Shown here one piece after another: positions 55,114 to 64,000 of a stretch of 64,000 nucleotides of DNA. Where the stretch lies: assembly GCA_053919585.1 (NCBI GenBank), contig JBSSHM010000205.1. One strand, given 5' to 3'. The position numbers were made by a program, and so were the translations under genes. A model generated the notes under the pieces. That model made no database searches. It was given only the letters and a program-made list of their open reading frames with translations, and was not told the DNA's origin. Each line of letters opens with the position of its first letter. Position 1 is the stretch's first letter. Source of the DNA: Euprymna scolopes (lineage: Eukaryota).

Positions 55114-56978
55114 TAGCCCTCACAACTCAAACACCCGCCGTCATCTTCTTGATAGTTCGGTTTGACGTTTACCGCGTTCAATGGCTTCTGTGTGCCATCT
55201 CCTACTGAAGCTTTAACTTTACTGCTAGTGCGGTAGTAGTACAGACCTTTCAGACCTTTAATCCATGCTAGGTGGTGCAAATCACTCACTTCCTGCGCGG
55301 TTGCATCCGGACGGATAGCCAAGTTTACACTCTGACCTTGACAGATGTGCTTCTGTCGGATAGCTGCATGTTCGATAACCCAACGTTGGTCAATCTCTGA
55401 AGCGGTTTTGTAAACCTTCTTCTCATGCTCTGTCAACCAGTCTAGGTGTTGCACGGAACCGTCATGTGTCACGATACTGTTCCATTGTGCATCTTTCCAA
55501 GTTTGGTTTTTACCTGATGCTTCTGCGAAATCATCCATCAAACGTTCGAAGTGTTTGTTCTTGATTAGGAACGAACCTGAACGTCCTTGTGCTGTGAACG
55601 CGATACCTGCAAAAGGTTCGATACTCGGACTGACATTAACCAAGGAACTAGAACTTGCATTCGGTGCGATAGCCATCAAGTGAGAGTTACGCATACCTGA
55701 ACCTCGGCAGTCCGGAGCTTCTCCTCGCTCTTTACCCAGTACCATCGAACTACCTACTGCACGATTCTTGATAGTACGGTAAATGGTATTGTTAAGTTGT
55801 ACCGCACTGTTAAAACCGCCGGACTCGAAAGCTAGACCCTTACGCTGAAGGTACGATGCAAAACCTAGAGTACCTAGCCCGATAGCGCGTTCCACAGTAG
55901 CTGAGTAAATCGCACGATGGATGTCATCCGGAGCTAACGCAATGAAGTATTCAAGTACGTTATCTAAGAAACGGACAAGGTCTTCAACCAGAGTAGTATC
56001 TTTCCATTCATCGAACTTGTCAAGGTTCAAAGAGGACAGGCAACATACCGCGGTACGATCTTCATCAGTCATCAACTGAATTTCATTACAAAGGTTCGAC
56101 TGGACTACATGGTAATTCGGGTTAGTAATCCACGAAGGGATATTGTTATTAACCGTATCGATAAACTCAATGTAAGGTTCGCCTGTATCTTTACGTACCT
56201 CAAGAATCTTCAACCACACCTCACGGGCATCTAAGAATCGTCCTGTTGCACCATGCTTAGGGTCTACTAGTTCATATTGCTCACCGTTCTCTACCTTACG
56301 CATGAACTCGTCAGTAATGTTCACACCGTTATTCAGGTTGAAACATTTGAAGTTAGGATCGCCGCCTACTGGGTTACGCATCTCGATAAAGCTAAGTATC
56401 TCCGGATGGTCAATCGGAAGATATGCCGCGTAACTACCTCGACGTGTCTCCCCTTGCTTGTAAGCTTTAGCATCTGCATCATAAGTACGCATATGAGCCA
56501 TAACGCCTGTAGATTTCTCATCCACAGAACGCATACCTGCATACATACCTACACCGCCGCCGTTCATCGATAACCAACGACACTCTGAACTTGCATCTAC
56601 CAATCCGCGACGAGTGTCAGGGATAAACGATAGGAAACAAGAGATAGGAAGTCCTTCCGGTTTGACAGAGTACTGTAGATATTGTTGTACATCTTCGAAG
56701 GCTAGACCTTCAGGATATACATGAGCTATCGCATTAGACAATACCGGAGAAGCGAACGTAAAATGTTGTAACGATACTGCGTCATAGATGCGTTGTGCCA
56801 GTTCTAGGTCACCGAAAGAGAAACATGTCGCTGCTCGTGCAAAACTCTCTTGAGGGGATTTCTCCCCCTCCTTCTTGTAAAAGCCTTTCTTAGTGAGCAT
56901 AGCGTATCCCTGTTCTGGGATAATACGGTCACGGTCGTAATCGATCTCGATACCTAGGTATTTAGTTTTCTGTGACAA
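55113..56978 (-). CDS. nrdA: class I ribonucleotide reductase alpha subunit
   Basis: PISCF, QSNLCNEI, AIAPNASS, KGLYY, C-terminal CLSCEG. Confidence 0.95.
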   Translation of the reverse strand: MSQKTKYLGIEIDYDRDRIIPEQGYAMLTKKGFYKKEGEKSPQESFARAATCFSFGDLELAQRIYDAVSLQHFTFASPVLSNAIAHVYPEGLAFEDVQQYLQYSVKPEGLPISCFLSFIPDTRRGLVDASSECRWLSMNGGGVGMYAGMRSVDEKSTGVMAHMRTYDADAKAYKQGETRRGSYAAYLPIDHPEILSFIEMRNPVGGDPNFKCFNLNNGVNITDEFMRKVENGEQYELVDPKHGATGRFLDAREVWLKILEVRKDTGEPYIEFIDTVNNNIPSWITNPNYHVVQSNLCNEIQLMTDEDRTAVCCLSSLNLDKFDEWKDTTLVEDLVRFLDNVLEYFIALAPDDIHRAIYSATVERAIGLGTLGFASYLQRKGLAFESGGFNSAVQLNNTIYRTIKNRAVGSSMVLGKERGEAPDCRGSGMRNSHLMAIAPNASSSSLVNVSPSIEPFAGIAFTAQGRSGSFLIKNKHFERLMDDFAEASGKNQTWKDAQWNSIVTHDGSVQHLDWLTEHEKKVYKTASEIDQRWVIEHAAIRQKHICQGQSVNLAIRPDATAQEVSDLHHLAWIKGLKGLYYYRTSSKVKASVGDGTQKPLNAVNVKPNYQEDDGGCLSCEG

Positions 56979-57386
56979 TTATTCTTCCTCCTGTTCTTCT
57001 TGTTCTAAAGCCTGTCGTAGTACTAAGTTCTCTTTTAGTAACATCTCTTCTCGTACAGTAAGAGGAGGACTAAGTTCATCGATAAAACGGGTATTCGTCG
57101 TCCTACCATCAGCGTATACAACTTCTACCGAAACTAAGAAAGAACCTTTACCTGAATCCTCTCGGTATTCCGGTTCCTCTCCTTCTGCACCTTCATTTAC
57201 GTTGTAGTAGTGTTTTACTGGGCTCTTTCTTAGAGCATATTTTCCTGTTACCACTACATTTACTAACCCTCGGCTTGCAGTATCCATAGCTACTAAAGTC
57301 CCTTGTTCAGGGATTTGACTAGTATCTCCTGTAAAGATTGCGTTGTACATATCTTTAGGAAAATCGTACATATCTTGAATCGACAT
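56979..57386 (-). CDS. hypothetical protein
   Basis: SD. Confidence 0.7.
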   Translation of the reverse strand: MSIQDMYDFPKDMYNAIFTGDTSQIPEQGTLVAMDTASRGLVNVVVTGKYALRKSPVKHYYNVNEGAEGEEPEYREDSGKGSFLVSVEVVYADGRTTNTRFIDELSPPLTVREEMLLKENLVLRQALEQEEQEEE

Positions 57387-57395
57387 AATATCTCC

Positions 57396-58661
57396 TTATT
57401 CTAGTGGTGAACCATCTTCGTCACATAGTCGCATATTCTCACCTACAGGTTTGGTAGGTACACCTTTATCAGAAAGCTCCTCATAAGAGAACGTAATCCA
57501 CTGACCAATCAATTCTTTTTGCATCTCAAATGCGCGTTCTTCTGCGGTACCTTTCATTTTACATTTGAATTTAGCACCTTCTAGGGCATCACAAGCTTGT
57601 ACGTGAAGAACCCCCTGTCCAGACTTATCCTTGGTCACATCTAAAACCTTAGCCTCAGAATCATAACGAGGTTTCGACTTAGCCGCGTTAGTAGATCGTT
57701 TACCGAATTCGTAGATACCTTGTGTTTCGTAGTGAACAAGACCTTCATAACCTAGTTCGACATACTTATCTAACAGTTCCATACGTTCTTCGTGTGATGT
57801 CGTATACATTACCTCGCAGAACTGGATTACATCTTTCATACCGTTCTCGGCTACGAAATCCACCAAGGTATTCATATCTTCTGTAAGACGTTTCTCAAAA
57901 ACCTTACCAGTGGTGTTAGGGATATCGAATACGTGGAACTGAAGTTTCGCTGCATCTTCGTTAGGGTTGTAACCTAAGTACTCCACTGCATCATTAAGAG
58001 AGTCGATACCAGTGTCTTTTGCCTTTAAGGTTTCTCCTGTCTTAGCCGCAGTAAGATTGATCTTACGGTCACGAGCAATCTTAAGGATCTCCTTCTCAGT
58101 CTTTACAGGTTTCAACCATGCAGAACGGATACGTTGTAACGACAGACCGTGTGCATAAACTTCAGCATCAAAAGTGCCTAGTCCTGCCTCTTGTAATTTC
58201 TCAACTGCCTCTGTAAGATGCGCAACTTTTATATCTTCTGCACGACCGATCTTCGAGTATAAAGTACCGTCCAGTACACATGCACGACTACCGTTTTTCT
58301 TAACAGAAGTGATAAGGTCTGGAGACATCTTACTGAAACGATCTTTGTAGTTAGTGATCTTACGAGGCTCTTTACAAGAGTCTGCAAACTCATGGGCATC
58401 ATGAGCACTTGTACGATAATGTCGGTTGTCTATTTGAGATTTGTACATAGCTTGTAGTTCCACTACCGCCTGTTCTTCAGCAGTAGTTTCATTAGAACGT
58501 CCTAGGTTTTTAGGTTCTGCCACGTAACTGTGTTTAGTTTGTGCACCGCCAAGTTCTCCGTGCTGACAAGTCACTACTGCACCTACTACCCATGCTTCCC
58601 ATACCTGCATTCGTTTGGTTGCCGCGCTTACTTTGTACAAAGTTGTATGATTCTTAAACAT
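57396..58661 (-). CDS. lig: ATP-dependent DNA ligase
   Basis: KKNGSRA (KxD/NG), FDAEVY, FHVFD, EGLV, KSK, C-terminal OB fold. Confidence 0.85.
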   Translation of the reverse strand: MFKNHTTLYKVSAATKRMQVWEAWVVGAVVTCQHGELGGAQTKHSYVAEPKNLGRSNETTAEEQAVVELQAMYKSQIDNRHYRTSAHDAHEFADSCKEPRKITNYKDRFSKMSPDLITSVKKNGSRACVLDGTLYSKIGRAEDIKVAHLTEAVEKLQEAGLGTFDAEVYAHGLSLQRIRSAWLKPVKTEKEILKIARDRKINLTAAKTGETLKAKDTGIDSLNDAVEYLGYNPNEDAAKLQFHVFDIPNTTGKVFEKRLTEDMNTLVDFVAENGMKDVIQFCEVMYTTSHEERMELLDKYVELGYEGLVHYETQGIYEFGKRSTNAAKSKPRYDSEAKVLDVTKDKSGQGVLHVQACDALEGAKFKCKMKGTAEERAFEMQKELIGQWITFSYEELSDKGVPTKPVGENMRLCDEDGSPLE

Positions 58662-58686
58662 TTATTTCCTCCAATTGAAGAGCTAG

Positions 58687-58893
58687 TTAGCCTAGCTCCA
58701 TTTCATCCAAATCAGTAATGTACGGTGCATTCTCGTACATAGGGTCGCCTTTCTTATCCAAATCTCTTCGCATCTTGTATTCTTGTGCGTTTACTGGATC
58801 ATCCTCTGTAGGAGAGAATACGATAGCTACTGGCTCGGGAGTAGTATCCCAGTGGTCAAAAGTTTCGTAGTTATTCTCCACTTCTTTACTCAT
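58687..58893 (-). CDS. acidic hypothetical protein
   Basis: GGAGG SD, ATG at 58893. Confidence 0.6.
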   Translation of the reverse strand: MSKEVENNYETFDHWDTTPEPVAIVFSPTEDDPVNAQEYKMRRDLDKKGDPMYENAPYITDLDEMELG

Positions 58894-59329
58894 CGGAACC
58901 TCCGCGTTTCTTCTTGTTACCGATCGTTGAAATATCAATAAGATTATCTTCCGATACAAAACGTTCGATATTATCCGCTTGAAGGACATTAACTGCAAGG
59001 TATACCTGACTCATAGGGTGGATTTTATCTTTATCCGGTACAGGTTTTCCGTTCTCATCGATTTTAGTAGCCTTTCTTACATCACCGGAATACACGCGAG
59101 TTTTATAAGCTTTAGTCGGGAACTTAGTACTTCGGATTAAGAAGTCATCTTCTACAGAATAGTTATTGTCATACATTGAACTACGTACGTCAAGTCCTAA
59201 ATAGAACAAAACACGAGGAATACATACCTCACCTTCTGGCATGAAAAGCTCCGGATTGCTTTCTGCTACTTCGATAACCTTGTGCTCTGTAACTGAACCT
59301 GTCAGTTTACGATCATAAAAATCTCTCAT
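58886..59329 (-). CDS. hypothetical protein
   Basis: coupled ORF. Confidence 0.7.
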   Translation of the reverse strand: MRDFYDRKLTGSVTEHKVIEVAESNPELFMPEGEVCIPRVLFYLGLDVRSSMYDNNYSVEDDFLIRSTKFPTKAYKTRVYSGDVRKATKIDENGKPVPDKDKIHPMSQVYLAVNVLQADNIERFVSEDNLIDISTIGNKKKRGGSDE

Positions 59330-60171
59330 TATTTCTCCTTTGAAACTATTAGTACTTCCACCGTAGGGGCGTCACTTTTGAATGATGAACAGTTAGAGTA
59401 ATCACGATCCATGTAAAGTACCTCATACTTATCTTCATTCTCTTCACACCAATCAATAAGCCACTGATTAGTCTTACCTCTGTTACGGAATACGTTCGAA
59501 TAAACAACCTTGGCACCTTTCTCGCGCATCTGATCCATAAGATTCAATAGGATCATATCTTGCTGTACTGTCCAAGTATCCGTGTAGTGTGTCGTCGTCG
59601 TTGTATATGGTGGGTCAATATACACCACCACATCAGTCATGACTTCGAACTTCTTCAACATCTTACGCATGAAGTTAGCAAAGGAGAGGTTATACCAAAG
59701 GAAATCTTTACTAAGGTTGCTGTGTCGGAACATACGTTCTATGTCATAACGCTGACGCTTGCCGTGAGTAATGTTACACTCACCTTTCTTGTTGAATCGG
59801 ATAGAGTTCGAATGAGACCTCATCATGATAAGGTACAACAAATCCATTCGAGTGATATCCTTGTTGAAATCTGCCTTAAGACGGTCAAAATCTTCTCTAG
59901 AATCTTCGTACTGTTTATTAACCTCGTACGTACTCATAATCCAATCTACATTGGTAAGATTTTTATGAAGGTTCACCATCTCCGTCTGAATATCATTAAG
60001 ATGGTATTCATCGAACATTATCCGGTCTTCACAGTTTATTGCTACTGTTGCTGTCCCTACAAAAGGCTCGATCAGTATGCTTCGCTCTGTTTCTAGATGG
60101 GGCGCGATATCGTTGAACAACTCGCGCTTATTCCCACTCAAGTACAGTGCACTCTGAATAACTTCTTTCAC
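59329..60171 (-). CDS. dam: Dam-like (D12 class) DNA adenine methyltransferase
   Basis: SGNKR, EPFVGTA, LNDI, RFNKKG.CN, YIDPPY. Confidence 0.82.
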   Translation of the reverse strand: MKEVIQSALYLSGNKRELFNDIAPHLETERSILIEPFVGTATVAINCEDRIMFDEYHLNDIQTEMVNLHKNLTNVDWIMSTYEVNKQYEDSREDFDRLKADFNKDITRMDLLYLIMMRSHSNSIRFNKKGECNITHGKRQRYDIERMFRHSNLSKDFLWYNLSFANFMRKMLKKFEVMTDVVVYIDPPYTTTTTHYTDTWTVQQDMILLNLMDQMREKGAKVVYSNVFRNRGKTNQWLIDWCEENEDKYEVLYMDRDYSNCSSFKSDAPTVEVLIVSKEK

Positions 60172-60704
60172 TATTCCTCCTTTCGATATAAATTTACATA
60201 CACATCATCACTTAGATGTGCAGTCCCTGTTAGTCCTAGTCGGTCAGCGATAGGTGTGAAGTCTATGAAGGTATCTCCTACAAAACCTTTACCATTACCG
60301 ACAACCGACCAATGGAACTCTGTTACATCCTTATCATAGATAAATGCTTCATAGATGGATTTACCACCTACGACCCATATATCGCAGTTAGAGTTACGTA
60401 GACTGTACACCTTTGCCGCGGTCTTGGCAGCATCGATACCACTTACGTAAATCACATCTAACTCCGGTTGTAGGTACTTAGTCCATAAGACGGGATCAGA
60501 AGTAATTACAATATTCTTACGACCTTTGAACCCGTTAGACATCCCGTAACTCTGTAGACTTTTGAAAGTATTATGCCCCATGATAACCGGACATCCCATG
60601 GTCATCGCTTGGAAGTACTTTAAATCTTCTGGGAAATGCCACGGCAATTTATTATCTAGTCCCGCGCATCCGTATGAATCTGTCGCGGCTATCATCTTGA
60701 ACAT
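60171..60704 (-). CDS. folA: dihydrofolate reductase
   Basis: LPWHFPEDLKYF, IMGHNTF, GRKNIV, VGGKSIY, GDTF. Confidence 0.92.
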   Translation of the reverse strand: MFKMIAATDSYGCAGLDNKLPWHFPEDLKYFQAMTMGCPVIMGHNTFKSLQSYGMSNGFKGRKNIVITSDPVLWTKYLQPELDVIYVSGIDAAKTAAKVYSLRNSNCDIWVVGGKSIYEAFIYDKDVTEFHWSVVGNGKGFVGDTFIDFTPIADRLGLTGTAHLSDDVYVNLYRKEE

Positions 60705-60712
60705 AAAACCTC

Positions 60713-61567
60713 CTATGCAATTAGTTCAAATTCAATCTTCGGTTGTGGTACACCTTTGTAACCTTTAACATTAATATACTCACGGGCATGGTCTTCCATA
60801 TCCATAAGGTCTGTGTAGTCGTTAACCCAGTCCGCGATATTGAACGTCGGTTTTGCGCTTAGGTCAGGAGAACGTGACAGTAACTCTTCCACACCTTCTA
60901 GATGCGGTTCGTAGATATGCACATTGTTCATGATATGCATAGCCGTACCGCCCTCCATTTTCGCAATCTTCGCACCGAACATACCTAAAAAGTATACTTG
61001 CAATGCGTTAAAGTTTTTACCACACATCAGGTCGGTTGAACGTTGGACACTTGTCAGATGTACCGTTTCGTCGATAATCTGGAACTGGTGGTCACTTAGA
61101 CACGGTCGTAGACATGCACGGGCAAAGCTCTCAGGTTGCCACCAATCTAGTTTAAGTCCGCGGTTGTCGATACCATCTTGAAGGTTCTGTAGTACATCTC
61201 GGATATATTCTTCCGGAAGAGCTGCACCGTAGACTTCACCTAGATGGTCTTCACCTTCACGGTAAGGATTAGCTAACCAAGCTTTAGTTTCATTAGCATT
61301 CTTGAACCAAGTCGGAGAACCGATATCTGCAAATTCATTTGCCCATTCATAACGACGAATGTAACCGATAATCTCCGCAACCGCACTTACAGGATATGAA
61401 GGTCGTGTGGTAAGTAATGGTACCGATTCCGGAGTCAATTCATACTCCATAACTGCTCGTGGGATAGTTAGACATCGGACACCTGTCCGTTCGTTGTAAA
61501 TCCACTTACCTTCATTAAGAACCTTACGGACAAGCATAAGGTACTGTTCTTCGTAAGTCAACTTCAT
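60713..61567 (-). CDS. thyA: thymidylate synthase
   Basis: ERTGV, LRPC, QRSTD..G.NFN, HIYEPH. Confidence 0.93.
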   Translation of the reverse strand: MKLTYEEQYLMLVRKVLNEGKWIYNERTGVRCLTIPRAVMEYELTPESVPLLTTRPSYPVSAVAEIIGYIRRYEWANEFADIGSPTWFKNANETKAWLANPYREGEDHLGEVYGAALPEEYIRDVLQNLQDGIDNRGLKLDWWQPESFARACLRPCLSDHQFQIIDETVHLTSVQRSTDLMCGKNFNALQVYFLGMFGAKIAKMEGGTAMHIMNNVHIYEPHLEGVEELLSRSPDLSAKPTFNIADWVNDYTDLMDMEDHAREYINVKGYKGVPQPKIEFELIA

Positions 61568-61812
61568 TAAACTTCATCTCCATTACTATCAATTACAGTG
61601 TAGCCGTTCTGTTTCAGCTCTTCTATAATGTTATGCTCCATCTCTGAATCCTCTAGAAGGTCTTCTGCATCTAGAGATAATTTAACCGTAAGGTCTCCGT
61701 CTTCGTCCATATGAACACTAGTCATATTAACGTTATAGTTAGTGGACTTACCGTTAATCTCTAGTGCGTAGATTTCAAAATCCTGTTTCTGTACTTCTAT
61801 TTCAATTCCCAT
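61567..61812 (-). CDS. acidic hypothetical protein
   Basis: GGAGG SD. Confidence 0.65.
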   Translation of the reverse strand: MGIEIEVQKQDFEIYALEINGKSTNYNVNMTSVHMDEDGDLTVKLSLDAEDLLEDSEMEHNIIEELKQNGYTVIDSNGDEV

Positions 61813-61862
61813 AATTCCTCCAAATACGTTTAAAATCCCTGCCTCATCGGACAGGGGTTGTA

Positions 61863-62426
61863 TTAGCCTTTAGTTTTCCATTCACCAGTAATATAAATAT
61901 TCTGGTTCACTAAGATCGTTTTACCTTTTGCACTCAAAACAGACCCTTCTTCGGTATCTTCTACTGTAACAGAATACCATTCATTACCTTCTTCAGGTAG
62001 AGGGGCATTCCAATAAGCACCTAAATCTCCTTCAGTACAGTCAACATCTCCGAAGATTACAATAGGTTTACTTCCGATGATCCATGCAGTATCCCCTTTC
62101 TCTACATACTGTCCATAACCTTCGTACACTGGTAACGTTGCAAGGCTATCTTCGCTAACAAGGCAGTGTATATCTTCTGTAGATGCTAGTCGGTCTTTTA
62201 GTACTAAGGTGCCGTTTACAGGAACTATCGCAACATAAGTCTTAGTCTCATATAGACGGAAACCTTCGAAATACTTTGAATCCTCTAAGAACTGTTTAAG
62301 CATAGCAAAAACTTGTTCTTTGTAAAGATCTTTCTCTAGGAAGTCTTCAAGGCTTTTTGGAGCCCCGTCTGTATGTTTAAGGAAAAGATTATCCATAAAC
62401 CGTGGGTCAATAGAATCAAAACTCAT
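61863..62426 (-). CDS. hypothetical protein
   Basis: GGAGG SD. Confidence 0.7.
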   Translation of the reverse strand: MSFDSIDPRFMDNLFLKHTDGAPKSLEDFLEKDLYKEQVFAMLKQFLEDSKYFEGFRLYETKTYVAIVPVNGTLVLKDRLASTEDIHCLVSEDSLATLPVYEGYGQYVEKGDTAWIIGSKPIVIFGDVDCTEGDLGAYWNAPLPEEGNEWYSVTVEDTEEGSVLSAKGKTILVNQNIYITGEWKTKG

Positions 62427-62587
62427 AATTACCTCCAAGTCATTTTAACTTTACGTTTGTTTATAAATTTCTCCCAAAGGGCGATATTAAACGCCCTCCA
62501 GAAGGAATCACCTCGGTATGCATATGACCACCTACTCTTAGTGCTGTAGTGGACATAACGTTGTACACAATACCGATACTCCATGTA

Positions 62588-64000
62588 CTAAGCTCTCCAC
62601 TTACCATTCTTACAGGTAATGATTGCTCTTTTACCGTTCTGATAAGTGATGATGTGACTCACTGACCAAGAACCTGCACCTTTAGTATATCCTGCATCTT
62701 CGTTGAGTACACAAGCACCTGCGATAAACACACCGTTCTTGATTGCACAAGAGTGAGTATGACCGATGTTGTACTTGATACCCATCTTAACGAACGCTTG
62801 CATAGAGCCACGGGAACCATTAGAACCGTTGTGACCGTGTTGACCGCACTCGATCCCGTGTAGACGGAACTTCTCATCAGTACCTAGGAAACGGATACGA
62901 TCTAGGTCTTCAGGAGAGGATACCATCTCACATGCCGTACGGAACGTTTGTAGCTCTTCTCCACGAGACATCTTCTCGTAGTTAGCCAATTGCATCTTCA
63001 AGAAGAACAATGCGTTCACAGGGTCTTTACGATAGTCTTGTTCTTTAAGCCAACGCTCAAGAGCAAGGTCATGGTTAGACTCTACAACGATTACCTGTTC
63101 TACAGTTTGCTTGATATCTAGTAACAAGTCAACAGTTTTTCGAACTTCCTCTTCCACACACTCTTCACCGGAATTCATCTGCTTGAACAGGTAGTACGGA
63201 TCTTTGATGTTGTGGTGGTTACGACGCGCATGATCATGGATATCATGAAGGAACGCGTACTTCGGTTCTAGTTCAAACGCGATACTACCTTTCTGGCTAC
63301 CCCAACACAAATCTGCAATAGATTTACGAAGCTTGTCTGCATGGATATCACCGTACTGGATTGCATCAATGTAATACTCCGAGGTATCCTTACCTTGTGG
63401 GGTGTAACGTTCAGTCAGGTCATAGAAACAGCCTGTGGCACTTTCTGCATTGATATGACGCACAAACCAATCACCATCATCATCGATCTCCACTACTGCT
63501 GCGGAAAATGCGTGATGCCATTCTGCCTTTTGACCAGCCTTCTGTGGGATGTAATTACGTTTAGTAATCGCACCTGTGGTGTACATAATCTTAGGGTCAT
63601 CGTACTTATGAGATGGTACACTTTCCAGTTCCATCTTAGCATGAGGGATGATCGCTGACTGGTCACCAGTGTAGTTGTACAGACCTGACATAGGATTAAC
63701 CGCAGTAGGTAAGATATTCAACTCTCCACAGAATACAAGTCCGTCTGCAAGCTGTAGGCTATGATTGACCATGTATGGAAGGATACGCTCATCAAACCAT
63801 GCATCATCTCGCTTACCGTTCTGGTAACCATTACGGTTGTAATAGAAACCGGATACGATCAGTTGTGCCTCGTTCTCTTCACAATACGCAAGAAGACTGT
63901 TGAAGAAATCTTCATGAATGAAAGTGTTGTTCTGCGCACTAGTGATTACGAACTTCTTACCTACTGCCTGTTTACGATCTAAGATTGGAGAGTGGATGGT
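62588..64000 (-). CDS. calcineurin-like metallophosphoesterase (5' end outside the window)
   Basis: GDIH, HD, SNHD, HGH, GHTHS. The frame stays open to the window edge. Confidence 0.78.
   Translation of the reverse strand, partial: TIHSPILDRKQAVGKKFVITSAQNNTFIHEDFFNSLLAYCEENEAQLIVSGFYYNRNGYQNGKRDDAWFDERILPYMVNHSLQLADGLVFCGELNILPTAVNPMSGLYNYTGDQSAIIPHAKMELESVPSHKYDDPKIMYTTGAITKRNYIPQKAGQKAEWHHAFSAAVVEIDDDGDWFVRHINAESATGCFYDLTERYTPQGKDTSEYYIDAIQYGDIHADKLRKSIADLCWGSQKGSIAFELEPKYAFLHDIHDHARRNHHNIKDPYYLFKQMNSGEECVEEEVRKTVDLLLDIKQTVEQVIVVESNHDLALERWLKEQDYRKDPVNALFFLKMQLANYEKMSRGEELQTFRTACEMVSSPEDLDRIRFLGTDEKFRLHGIECGQHGHNGSNGSRGSMQAFVKMGIKYNIGHTHSCAIKNGVFIAGACVLNEDAGYTKGAGSWSVSHIITYQNGKRAIITCKNGKWRA

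Noticed and set aside
31381-63982. Numerous + strand ORFs in the right arm (and - strand ORFs in the left arm)
   Set aside because: They are antisense shadows of well-supported genes.
1-64000. tRNA/rRNA genes, introns or inteins in nrdA, nrdB or thyA
   Set aside because: None were recognised by eye and these ORFs are continuous. tRNAscan-SE or Infernal would be needed to exclude RNAs.

Overview
This window is 64 kb of a large lytic dsDNA phage genome. A gammaproteobacterial host, plausibly Vibrio, is inferred, not proven. It has three parts. (1) 1-15.8 kb: rightward small accessory genes with strong sigma70 promoters, including a nucleotidyltransferase-like protein, a RelA/SpoT-type HD hydrolase, a lipoprotein and a serine recombinase. 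The first 6 kb has several apparent frameshifts. (2) About 15.8-31.3 kb: a distinct island of short, mostly rightward orphan genes bounded by non-coding, repeat-rich DNA. Almost every transcription unit is preceded by a CRP-type box (TGTGA-N6-TCACA) 20-21 bp upstream of a -10 hexamer. I counted 27 boxes by eye, 18 with this class II geometry. Many are overlaid by covarying hairpins. The island also has a pair of DnaA boxes and two winged-HTH genes. It looks like a cAMP-CRP-gated early or host-takeover module, possibly a long terminal repeat. (3) 31.3-64 kb: leftward genes, first families of small paralogs, then a TAXI-type solute-binding protein, ClpP-like protease, PIN-PhoH, endolysin, NrdB-glutaredoxin fusion, HNH endonuclease, NrdA, DNA ligase, Dam-like methylase, DHFR, ThyA and a partial metallophosphoesterase. 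I saw no tRNA, rRNA or CRISPR array. All motif counts are manual.
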